64,000 nt of DNA. Source: Candidatus Latescibacterota bacterium (GTDB lineage: Bacteria > Latescibacterota > UBA2968 > UBA8231). Under the pieces are notes generated by a model, which saw only the letters and a program-made list of their open reading frames with translations, was not told the DNA's origin and searched no databases. The DNA is taken from positions 2,592,001-2,656,000 of the forward strand of contig OZ242214.1 in assembly GCA_965206595.1 (NCBI GenBank), written 5' to 3'. Positions 42,000 to 50,349 of this stretch are shown one piece after another (positions within the stretch are counted from its first letter, which is position 1; every line of letters starts with the position of its first letter). The translations under genes were made by a program, and so were the position numbers.

Positions 42000-42331
42000 A
42001 CCTCGAGACCAGCCATACCGGAAGCACCGCAGTCGCGGCCGTTAGCGGCCGCGTTGATTCCGCCAACGCAAAAAGCTTCGAAGAGGAACTGAGCTCCATC
42101 ATCGACCAGGGGGCCACCGGCCTCGTGGTCGACTGCGGCGAGCTCAACTACATCAGCAGCGCCGGGCTGCGGGTTTTCCTGATCGCCATCAGGAAGACCA
42201 GCGCCGCCGGGGGAGGCCTGGCCCTGTGCCGCGTTCCCGAACACATCCAGGAGGTGCTGAAGATCAGCGGCTTCTCGCGCCTGACGAAGATTTTCCCCAC
42301 GGTGGAGGAAGCGCGGGACAGCTTCGGATAG
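41996..42331 (+). CDS. STAS-domain anti-sigma antagonist (RsbV-like)
   Basis: GRVDSANA, YISSAGLRVFL, EVLKISGF. Confidence 0.9.
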   Translation: MNLETSHTGSTAVAAVSGRVDSANAKSFEEELSSIIDQGATGLVVDCGELNYISSAGLRVFLIAIRKTSAAGGGLALCRVPEHIQEVLKISGFSRLTKIFPTVEEARDSFG

Positions 42332-42476
42332 CCTCGCAGGAAATGAAGTGCAGCGGACCGGCATCCCTGCGGTTGCGGGCTCCCCGCCGGCCCATCATGC
42401 CACCCGGTGCTGCCACCCGGGCCCCTTACGCCGCCACCCTCGAATGGCACTCCGTACCCCTGCCTGAGGAGGACGC

Positions 42477-42743
42477 ATGAACGCACGCCGACACCGATCC
42501 TCCATTCTCCGCCGCCCGCGGATTCCCGGGGCGGCTGCTGCTTGCGGGCTCTTCGCCGCCGGCATCCTCCTGGCCCCGGGTACCGCGGCGGCCGCGGAGG
42601 AAACCGGCTTCATCCTCAACACCTTCTCGTTCCTCGTCTGGGGAGCCCTGGTGATGTGGATGTGCGCCGGCTTCACCATGCTCGAGGCCGGATCGGTGCG
42701 CTCCAAGAACGCCTCGATGATCTGCCTGAAGAACATCGGGTAG
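42477..42743 (+). pseudogene. amtB: Ammonium transporter, 5' fragment truncated by an IS1-family element
   Basis: GALVMWMCAGFTMLEAGSVRSKNA..KNIG, then a stop codon inside the TIR. Confidence 0.9.
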
Positions 42744-43034
42744 TGTGTCAATCTGAAATAAATGCTTACCCAATCCAGTGAACAAAATTGACTAATAATC
42801 TGTATAAGCGTATGTTCTCATTCGGGACAATGGCCGTTTTCGAAAACCCGACTTGGTCGGGTGCAGTGGGGAATACGATACCTGTTGGTACCGGACCAGA
42901 ACATCGCGTAACCGGAGCCAAGGGAATACCCATAGAACAGCCGGTAAACGGCCGTTGTTCCAGCGCCCGGCCTGTCTCATGCGGAGACAGCCGCCATACC
43001 TCCCACTTGGGACTGGGGGGAAGGGGACAACGAA

Positions 43035-43601
43035 ATGAGGCGCATAATTGCAGTAGTGTTCGGATTGGCACTATGGGGATGTGGCGATCAGACCCTATCT
43101 CCGGTAGCGCCGAAGCTTGTAGCAGAGGGAGATTCAACGGCAACAGATGCAGGAAACAATGCGGCACAGTGCGTCGTCGTAAATATTCAGGGCGACAACA
43201 TCCAAGTTCACGGAGCCTCGGATGTGAACATCGATACGGTAGCCGTGTCCACGGTAACGGACACCGTCGTAGTCCAAGCAGGGTTTTCGATGTTGTTGTT
43301 GGAGTTCCAGGGCTACAATGACAACAGTCTGGACTGGGTCTCCAATAGAGAAGGGTGGACTTACTGGGATGAGAGAATCTCGGAAGAGTCCGTACGTGGC
43401 GTGTTTATGGCTACTACCGAATGGCTCGAAGCCCCGCCTGCAGATTGGACGCCGTTCGATTCCTTTCCAGATGTGCAGGAAGAACATGAATTGACTGTTG
43501 GGGATGGTTACATCTTCGTCAAAGACCCCCAACAGGAATTTCAGCGTTACAGCGAAGGCAGCACGAGGATGGGTTACTATTTGGGGATTGTGCTATTTTA
43601 G
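43035..43601 (+). CDS. Lipoprotein, hypothetical (transposon cargo)
   Basis: MRRIIAVVFGLALWGC lipobox-like signal. Confidence 0.7.
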   Translation: MRRIIAVVFGLALWGCGDQTLSPVAPKLVAEGDSTATDAGNNAAQCVVVNIQGDNIQVHGASDVNIDTVAVSTVTDTVVVQAGFSMLLLEFQGYNDNSLDWVSNREGWTYWDERISEESVRGVFMATTEWLEAPPADWTPFDSFPDVQEEHELTVGDGYIFVKDPQQEFQRYSEGSTRMGYYLGIVLF

Positions 43602-43676
43602 TAGGCAATGTCTAAGGTGCTTGCAGGGCAACGGTCTTTCCTCCTGCAAGCACCTTAAAAAGGAGAAAAGCAAACC

Positions 43677-43901
43677 ATGCCTAAGGGACCGAATGGACAA
43701 ACAAGGCCAGCAGGGGTCACTCAGTGTGCCGTGCACGTGGCCAGGATTGCCATTGGCGAAATCGAGGACACTGGTTACAAGCATCCTGTCCAAGCAGAGA
43801 ATGGAAGCAAGGGCGGGAAGGCTCGTGCTTCCATTCTGACGCCTGAGCGGCGTAGGGAAATTGCCAAGGCTGCTGCTGAAGCTCGATGGAAGACAACTTA
43901 G
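43677..43901 (+). CDS. Small basic protein of the kind that accompanies IS1-like transposases
   Basis: MPKGPNGQTRPA...IAIGEIE...GSKGGKARA..LTPERRREIA..AA.ARW; AGGAG RBS. Confidence 0.8.
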   Translation: MPKGPNGQTRPAGVTQCAVHVARIAIGEIEDTGYKHPVQAENGSKGGKARASILTPERRREIAKAAAEARWKTT

Positions 43902-43904
43902 TTT

Positions 43905-44234
43905 GTGATTAATGAGGAAGGAAAAGAACGACAATTGATTTACGCCATTATTTCCCTCGACAACGAGAAATCAGAAGAAATCCATGAAGCAATTGCCAGC
44001 ATTAAATCGACTATCTCAGCTGAAACCGCAACAAAAAAATTCCGCCAAGTACAAAGCATTTATCAGCCTAATGACTTGCGTCATATCAGCTTTATAGCAT
44101 TTTCCGGCAGCGTAAATGAACTGTGCGACTTGCTTGGACTAATTGAAATAAAGCACCTTGCAGTTGCCTTAAGTCATATCGGAGGCAGGGGGTCAACCGA
44201 ATTGGTTAATTGGATAAAGGCATATAATGGCTGA
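43905..44234 (+). CDS. Hypothetical protein (low-GC cargo)
   Basis: 109 aa; overlaps the next ORF. Confidence 0.55.
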   Translation: MINEEGKERQLIYAIISLDNEKSEEIHEAIASIKSTISAETATKKFRQVQSIYQPNDLRHISFIAFSGSVNELCDLLGLIEIKHLAVALSHIGGRGSTELVNWIKAYNG

Positions 44235-44505
44235 CGGACAGGAGTTTGGTGGGGGGACAAAGAAGCTTACTGAAGGCGGAAGGGTCAATATAGAACTTAT
44301 TGAGCATCGGGTAAATGAAATCGCTAACGACACAAAACAGCAAGGAAAAGAAATCAATTCGATCAATATAATTGTCACAGAGATTAAGACGGGGATGATT
44401 ACGAGAAAGGAGATTTTTACAACTGGAGTTATCATTATGGCAAGTCTTTTGATCGCTGTTTTTGCAGCGTTCGTTGCCATTTTCTTTCAGAAAATAACCG
44501 CATAA
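44227..44505 (+). CDS. Coiled-coil protein with C-terminal TM helix (cargo)
   Basis: 92 aa; hydrophobic C-terminus GVIIMASLLIAVFAAFVAIFF. Confidence 0.6.
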   Translation: MADGQEFGGGTKKLTEGGRVNIELIEHRVNEIANDTKQQGKEINSINIIVTEIKTGMITRKEIFTTGVIIMASLLIAVFAAFVAIFFQKITA

Positions 44506-44508
44506 CCC

Positions 44509-45414
44509 TCACGAAAACACCAAATCCTCGTCGTTGTAATCTCTTTCTCGCTTCTTGTATTTCTTCGGACGCTTTGGCTTCGGCGTCCGCTTGTCGATCA
44601 GCCCCACAATCCATTCCAGGCTCTTCTCTTCCTTGGTCAGCCCCGCTGCAACTGCTGGTGTGGTTTCAAGAGTCATGTGCGGCCGTACCCAGTTGTAGTA
44701 GGTGAAGAATAGGTGGAGCATATACCTGTGGTTCTCAAGTTTCTTTGAGAACCCGTTTGTCTTTCGTGTATAGCGGCGCATACCCATACGCATGGTAAGG
44801 TTCATGCGCTCAACGTATGATGTGCCCCCTTCTTCGCTGTCGCCGATAACGATCACCTTTTCGGTTTCCGTTACGGTGGAGTTGCTATATCCTGCTCCAT
44901 CGTCGTACCCGTACGACTTCACAAGTTGGGTATAGTTGACGCGGTTCCCGAATGTACTATGGACAGCCTCGGGGTAAGCGCCAAAGGCATCGGATGTGAT
45001 TTGGACCTTGGGTTTTCGGGGCAGGATGATCTTCCCCTTCAACTTACCCATGAAGCGTTTGGCCGTTGTCAGGTTCCTGCCACCAACTTCCCAAGCAATC
45101 ATCAACTTGGTGTCGGGATCGAGTGCCGTCCATGTCCAAATGCTTCCAGCCTGAGAAGGCGCGGCTTGCGCTTGCGGGACATTCTTCTCTTTGGCATGGA
45201 GAAATGACCATATTTCATCCAATTCTACGCGCGCACACCTGATTCGGCGTGCATGCACTGCCTCATAGATGCTGCAAGCCTTCCCCGCATCTACGAGCAG
45301 TTTTACCACCGAATTGACAGCACAATCAGCCGACCTGGATATGGAGCGGATCGATGCACCTTCTACCAGCATGGAGAGGATGGTAACTCGTTTATCTATT
45401 GACAGTTGTTTCAT
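44509..45414 (-). CDS. IS1-family DDE transposase
   Basis: Start MKQLS after AGGAG; HTH LVEGASIRS; LDEIWSF, WTWTALD, ITSDA, TSYVERMNLTMR, YNWVRPH. Confidence 0.9.
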   Translation of the reverse strand: MKQLSIDKRVTILSMLVEGASIRSISRSADCAVNSVVKLLVDAGKACSIYEAVHARRIRCARVELDEIWSFLHAKEKNVPQAQAAPSQAGSIWTWTALDPDTKLMIAWEVGGRNLTTAKRFMGKLKGKIILPRKPKVQITSDAFGAYPEAVHSTFGNRVNYTQLVKSYGYDDGAGYSNSTVTETEKVIVIGDSEEGGTSYVERMNLTMRMGMRRYTRKTNGFSKKLENHRYMLHLFFTYYNWVRPHMTLETTPAVAAGLTKEEKSLEWIVGLIDKRTPKPKRPKKYKKRERDYNDEDLVFS

Positions 45415-45471
45415 TTCGTTGCTCCTTGACGTTAGTGAACAAAAAGGATACATTTATACACTATCAAAGGC

Positions 45472-45491
45472 CGAGGCATAGAAATGCCTCG
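45472..45491 (-). terminator. Hairpin immediately 3' of the tRNA
   Basis: CGAGGCAT-AGAA-ATGCCTCG, 8-bp stem; weak U tail. Confidence 0.45.
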
Positions 45492-45492
45492 T

Positions 45493-45584
45493 TGGCGGCG
45501 AGGGTGGGATTCGAACCCACGATGCCTCTCCCGAGACATGCCTGATTATAAGTCAGGTGCGTTTATCCACTCCGCCACCTCGCC
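45493..45584 (-). tRNA. Class II tRNA with UAU anticodon and serine-type body, encoded CCA
   Basis: GGCGAGG/CCTCGCC acceptor, G73-CCA; D arm GCG/CGC; anticodon arm CCTGA-CTTATAA-TCAGG; V arm ATGTCTC-GGGA-GAGGCAT; T arm GTGGG-TTCGAAT-CCCAC. Confidence 0.92.
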
Positions 45585-45750
45585 CTTTGTCCCGCCGATT
45601 GCAGTCGGCGGTGATTCTTCCTGCTACGGCGTCCCGCCAATCTCGGCGGGACGCCGTTCTGTTTTTACCTGAACATAAATATACGAAATTTTCTGCTTAG
45701 CCGGAAGGGATTTCTCCCCAGGTTGGTTTACATAATGTGTCGATCTGGAC

Positions 45751-45788
45751 AAAAAAGAACCCGGCTCTTCACTGAGAGTCGGGTTCTT
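45751..45788 (-). terminator. Intrinsic terminator after ORF 45808-46332
   Basis: AAGAACCCGACTCT-CAGTGA-AGAGCCGGGTTCTT plus TTTT on the minus strand. Confidence 0.75.
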
Positions 45789-45807
45789 GCGAGTGGAAGC
45801 AAGGATT

Positions 45808-46332
45808 TTAGACTGACTGACTTTCCTGTGCAACAAGAGTGTGAGGTCGGATGTCCCATAGCTGCTTGAATAGCCTTTGGTACCAACTCACCTTGGGAAA
45901 CTCACTTGGGTCGTTGCCCTGCGCTCGCATCATTTCAATATGACAGACTATATCCAGCACACGGAGTGGCTGAGGCTCCCTTGACTCGATGGCCAGCCGT
46001 TGTGCTGTGATGTCGGCCAGGAACCCTTGCAGATCGTCATCCTGCAAGTTTCTGCTTCTTTCCATCTGTTGTTGAAGTTGAATGAAGCCCTGCTTGAGTT
46101 CTCCGTGCAGCAAGGCTTTTTCGTTTACCCTGAAGACGAGCATGAATCCTAAAAGAGCAGCACTTGCCACAGAAATCGCATGGTGGCCTTCTATTACGGC
46201 ATAGATAGACAGCATAAAGGCGCCAAATAGAAACCAGTTATGCGCGGCCCTGAGAAAGGATTCGCGGTACGTATGATACCGAATAGATCGGCAGATGCCG
46301 AAATGGAGATTGTGGTAAACTGTGTCAGTCAT
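45808..46332 (-). CDS. Two-TM helical protein, SLATT-like
   Basis: Start MTDTV; RSIRYH..R..F, two hydrophobic helices, KALLH..LK..F; family assignment tentative. Confidence 0.55.
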   Translation of the reverse strand: MTDTVYHNLHFGICRSIRYHTYRESFLRAAHNWFLFGAFMLSIYAVIEGHHAISVASAALLGFMLVFRVNEKALLHGELKQGFIQLQQQMERSRNLQDDDLQGFLADITAQRLAIESREPQPLRVLDIVCHIEMMRAQGNDPSEFPKVSWYQRLFKQLWDIRPHTLVAQESQSV

Positions 46333-46513
46333 TTCCCTTCTTTTTTGGTGGGGGAGCCGGAGGTAATGTGTCGGAGATTGGCTCGGGGGCAATGTCGTCC
46401 CTAACTGCTCTCTTTTCTTGTTCCTCCGTGAGGATTTTTCTTTCTGTATCTGGCCGAGAAGGTGCAGGCTGCGTATCGGGTTTGGGTTCGGATGATCTGC
46501 GCTTGGATGCCAT
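46325..46513 (-). CDS. Small disordered Pro/Lys-rich protein
   Basis: 62 aa; AAGG RBS; overlaps the start of the next ORF. Confidence 0.45.
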   Translation of the reverse strand: MASKRRSSEPKPDTQPAPSRPDTERKILTEEQEKRAVRDDIAPEPISDTLPPAPPPKKKGND

Positions 46514-46754
46514 TTCCCTTTTTCCTTAGTTCAATGACTGCTGAGACTGTTCACCCGGAAAATACTGAAAGCCTGCAACGGTGCAAAGAAGTTTCCTCTC
46601 CCCAGTCCCCCAAGGGGATTATTGGAGGGGTTAGCCCTCAATTCTGGGTGGGCGATCCGTCACCAGAAATGGTGACAGAATTTCAGACTGATACACTACC
46701 CCGCATTCTTGGTCAGCACCTGCACCTCATCTTACGGACCTTCTCAACATCCTT

Positions 46755-47132
46755 GGTGGGAAGGAATCGAACAAGCATCAGGACAAGAAGCTGAACGCCG
46801 GACGCGGGACCGTCGGCAAGCAGGCGGTCGTCGGGATCCGCAATCGCAAGACGAAGGAGATCCGGGCGGAGCTGGTCGGCGATACCAAGGCCGACACCCT
46901 GCAGAGCTTCGCGGCCGATTTCGTCGAGCAGGAAGCCGTCAAGTACACGGACGAATCACCGTCCTACGGGGGCATGAAGAACCACGCCAGCGTTAGCCAT
47001 TCCACCGGTGAGTACGTTCGCGAGATGGCCCACATCAACGGGATGGAGTCCTTCTGGGCCACGTTGAAGCGAGGCTACGCCGGAACCTTCCACCGTCGGC
47101 CGGCGAATTCATTAACGGACTTAATCCAGTAG
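46755..47132 (+). pseudogene. IS1595 transposase fragment
   Basis: GGKESNKH.KKLNAGRGTVGK, YTDESPSY, HSTGEYVR..HINGMESFWATLKRG. Confidence 0.85.
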
Positions 47133-47134
47133 AT

Positions 47135-47347
47135 TTGGCAGAGTTAGATTCTGAGCTACAAAAGAGGAAGAGAGCGAGGAAAATGACGAATGAAGAAATA
47201 GGCAGCGCTGCAGAATCAGCGCTTCACCGTCGAACCAAGGCCAAGCGGATTTCGGAGATCTCCCGGTTGGTCAGTGCTCTCCGTGAGGCCCGGAAAGATT
47301 TCGACCAAGCTAATCAGCGCTTGGCTGACCTCGGATATCCTATCTGA
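47135..47347 (+). CDS. Small hypothetical protein
   Basis: 70-aa helical, basic ORF within the IS1595 cargo. Confidence 0.4.
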   Translation: MAELDSELQKRKRARKMTNEEIGSAAESALHRRTKAKRISEISRLVSALREARKDFDQANQRLADLGYPI

Positions 47348-47351
47348 TCAC

Positions 47352-47513
47352 ATGAGCCAGGATAATCAGAAGCAGCAGAAGCAGAAGCCAGGTCGCCCCG
47401 AGCGCCTCATGTCATTCGACGGCACCGCGGAGGAGTTAGCCCAGGCGCTGTTCGCCCGGGCCCGAAAACCTGTCCGGCCTAAGCAAGAGCAGGAGGATGA
47501 GACTGAGAAATGA
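47352..47513 (+). CDS. Small protein (GRP...GTAEELAQALF)
   Basis: ATG at 47352; resembles small IS1595 passenger ORFs. Confidence 0.45.
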   Translation: MSQDNQKQQKQKPGRPERLMSFDGTAEELAQALFARARKPVRPKQEQEDETEK

Positions 47514-47528
47514 TCAGGGGAGGGTACT

Positions 47529-48119
47529 TTGGCGCGTAGAGCGGATCAAACGAAAGGCGTCTTTTGCCTTGAAACGCATAAGTGGTTTAACAGGAAGGAT
47601 GAGACCACGATTGAGCCCATCCTGGATCTACTGCGAAAACAGCAGGGGAGGAATTGGTCTTACCGCTACCGAGATGTCGCTACGGAAGCTGAATTCCGGT
47701 TCTTTCTTGGGGAATACCTGACACCCATATACGATAGCTTTCCCGTTCTGTACCTGGGATTTCATGGCGAAAATGATAGCATTATCCTTGCGGACAAAAC
47801 GGTCATGTCGCTGGACCGAATCCGACTCGCAATAAATGGCCGGTGCAATGAGCGGGTAATATACTTCGGTTCCTGCGGCACCATGAGCGTACATGGCAAA
47901 CGGCTGAAGTCGTTTTGCAAATCGACTGAGGCGCTAGCCGTATGCGGATTCAAGGAAGAAATCGATTGGTTGCAGGGGGCGGCCTTCGAGCTTCTTATCC
48001 TGGGAACGCTTCAGAGCGTGCCGTTTACTAAGGAGGGGATGGAAGAATTCGACCAACGCCTGAAGGCGCAATCGCCCGGTCTATACAGAAATCTCGGGTT
48101 CCGCTTGGAGACGGCCTGA
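47529..48119 (+). CDS. DUF6642-like protein (possible caspase/CHAT-like fold)
   Basis: GVFCLE..W, YRDVAT..E, LYLGFHG, YFGSC, GFKEEIDW. Confidence 0.55.
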   Translation: MARRADQTKGVFCLETHKWFNRKDETTIEPILDLLRKQQGRNWSYRYRDVATEAEFRFFLGEYLTPIYDSFPVLYLGFHGENDSIILADKTVMSLDRIRLAINGRCNERVIYFGSCGTMSVHGKRLKSFCKSTEALAVCGFKEEIDWLQGAAFELLILGTLQSVPFTKEGMEEFDQRLKAQSPGLYRNLGFRLETA

Positions 48120-48184
48120 GCGCAGAACGTGCACATGGCGGCGTAAACCGGCGGGGAGCCGGTTTACCATCGTATATAATTCCC

Positions 48185-49100
48185 TTCGGAAGCCTATCGC
48201 ACAACCAAGCGCGTGCGCCGGCCCGAGGGGCAGGGGCTGAACGATCCCTACGTCAGATTCTTCCGCATGGCGGAACGGCGCATCGCCGAGAAGACGGGCC
48301 AAGGCGTGGTCTGTTTCATCTCCAACTATATCTGGCTCGACGGGCTGTCCTTCACCGGGATGCGGGAGCGCTACCTCGAAGCGTTCGACGCCATCCGCGT
48401 CGACTGCCTGAACGGCGACAAGTACAAGACCGGCAAAGTGGCGCCTGACGGCTCCCCGGACCCGAGCATCTTCTCCACCAAAGGCGATCCAGTCGGTATT
48501 CAAGTCGGAACTGCGATTACGACGCTGGTACGCAAAGCCGATCACGCCCCGGCCACCGAGATCGGCTTTCGCCATCTCTGGGGACAGGCCAAGCCTGCGG
48601 AGTTGACGGCGACAGCGGAGAAGGAACCGGACGCGCTCTACGACTCCATCGAGCCAGTCTTGCCGCTTGGTTTGCCGTTCGCACCAACTGCTGCAAGCGA
48701 GGATTGGTTCGGCTGGCCGGCGTTGCCAGATCTGTTCCCGGTTTCGTTTCCGGGCGTCAAAACCAGCCGCGACGGATTCCTTGTCGATACCGATCTGGAC
48801 CGCCTCAAGGCGCGCATTACCGAATACTTCGACGAAACTCTGAGCCACCATGAGATCGCCCGGCGCTACCCGGCGGTGATGAAGAGCACGGGACTATTTA
48901 ACGCCCGTGCGGTGCGCGATGCGCTGCTAGAACGGGGTGGACCGAATCGATTCTGGATTCATCCGCTTCGCCTATAGGCCGTTCGACAATCGCTGGCTCT
49001 ATTGGGAAGGGGAGAGCGCCCTGCTTGACCGCCCCCGCCTCGACTATCAACCGCATGTGTTCGGGGGGAATTTGTGGCTGTCTGCCGCCGAATCGGCCCC
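48185..49100 (+). pseudogene. Type ISP/IIG restriction-modification enzyme, internal fragment
   Basis: LNDPYVRFFRMAERRI..GVVCFISNY.WLDG.SFTGMR, GVKTSRD, YRPFDNRWLYW; frameshift near 48950. Confidence 0.75.
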
Positions 49101-49226
49101 TCAATACGTCCGTCCGAAGCCGAAACGATGGCCGACTCCAGAGTTTCAGGACGGTGGTTCACGAACTCCTGGATCCACCCGGAGGCTTCCGCGTTCTCCG
49201 CGTTTCTGGGGGTACCTGGACATTAC

Positions 49227-49470
49227 CTACTCCCCATCCTGTCCGCGGGGAAGTCGTCCGCAAACAAGGAAGGAAAAGTCGGGCAGGTTCACCCAATCGT
49301 CCCGATTGAGATCAAATTGCCGGGGGGTGGTCCCGAAGGCGTCGGCGAATAGGAAGAAGTCGGCCAAATCCACATGGCCATCCTGGTTGAAGTCCGCCTG
49401 GGTCGGCCAAGTAAGCCCGGATTCTATCCCGTCCGTCACGGTGGCCACGTAGCCCCACTGGGCCAGAACA
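49227..49470 (-). pseudogene. Dockerin/EF-hand-like C-terminal remnant
   Basis: ADFNQDGHVDLADFFLFADAFG...FDLNRDDWVNLPDF. Confidence 0.55.
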
Positions 49471-49844
49471 TACTCCGGTCGTCGAAGGTTACCAATTCCC
49501 CCTCGGGATTTACATCGACAGTCACCCCGACCTCCCTGTAAATCCGGTAGCCGTCGGCGCCCGGGACCGAAAACCGAGTCATCCGCACTCGTCAAAAGGA
49601 TGAACGTCATTTCGGTTTACGGTGCTCCACAACTTGGCCCGCGACCCCGCCTCGACGGGAGGGCGGCGGCGGCCTTCCTTCGGAACGCCAGCGTCCTCCG
49701 TGAAACTTTGGGGAAACGAAAAAGGGATTGTCAAACTGGTGTTTGACAAACGGGCGTTTCCAATAGGTCAGCGGATCCCGCTACGCCGAAAAATAGTCTC
49801 CTGCTTGCCTCCCCCAACCCGGTAGTGGTGAGCCTAAGCCTTCT

Positions 49845-50170
49845 GAGCGGTCGGGTACATCCTTTACACCAGCGGATGCCTCCCTTGCTACTGACCCGCC
49901 GTACCGCCCTGAGGTGCGTCCAGGGCTTGGCACCCCAGCAGGAAGCGGCTGTAGCCATCGACGACGGTCAGCGGGTAGCAGTAGCGGCCATCCAGGGTCT
50001 TGAACTGCCCCTTGGTGGGCTCGCAGAACTCGGCCGGCGCCGAGTCCGCGGCGTAGACACGAGGCCATTGCGTTTGAGGATGCCGCAGACGGTGGTGCCG
50101 CCGGCCAGGGGCGATGCGGCTGCGACCGCTGCAGGAGAGCCAGCAGCTTCTTGGCGCGCCCCATGTCGTG
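49845..50170 (-). mobile_element. IS481-family transposase remnant
   Basis: KGQFKTLDGRYCYPLTVVDGYSRFLLGCQAL; end-like TGTAAAGGATGTACCCG. Confidence 0.7.
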
Positions 50171-50349
50171 TGTTTTCGGCGCGCCTAAGGTGGGCGGAAC
50201 TGTAATCTCGCTAAGGGGAAGAAATTGGTCAGTCGAATCGAGCGATTTGCAGACCACTGGGACCAAAACGCTCGCTCCTTTGTCCAGAGGCCCACAGCAG
50301 ATCCGGATAAAGATCAAATGACTTAACACACGAATCTCGGCGACGAGAC

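Larger units (their letters stand above)
42739..46700. mobile_element. IS1-family cargo-carrying transposon (3962 bp)
   Basis: TIRs GGTAGTGTGTCAATCTGAAAT (42739-42759) and ATTTCAGACTGATACACTACC (46680-46700), 19/21 match; internal DDE transposase; abrupt GC drop. Confidence 0.88.
46755..48184 (+). mobile_element. IS1595-family (ISNwi1-like) cargo element remnant, left end lost
   Basis: Transposase fragment, passenger genes, right end GTATATAATTCCC (GGGAATTAT on the minus strand). Confidence 0.65.

Noticed and set aside
1-42700. Many long overlapping or antisense ORFs (e.g. 9764-12250, 7945-9918, 33882-35918, 24087-25847)
   Set aside because: Arg/Pro/Gly-rich shadow frames of high-GC genes with no motifs
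45493-45584. Ordinary tRNA-Ile or an integration (att) site
   Set aside because: The long variable arm and G73 are not Ile features; no duplicated 3' end or integrase seen; it lies inside the TIRs
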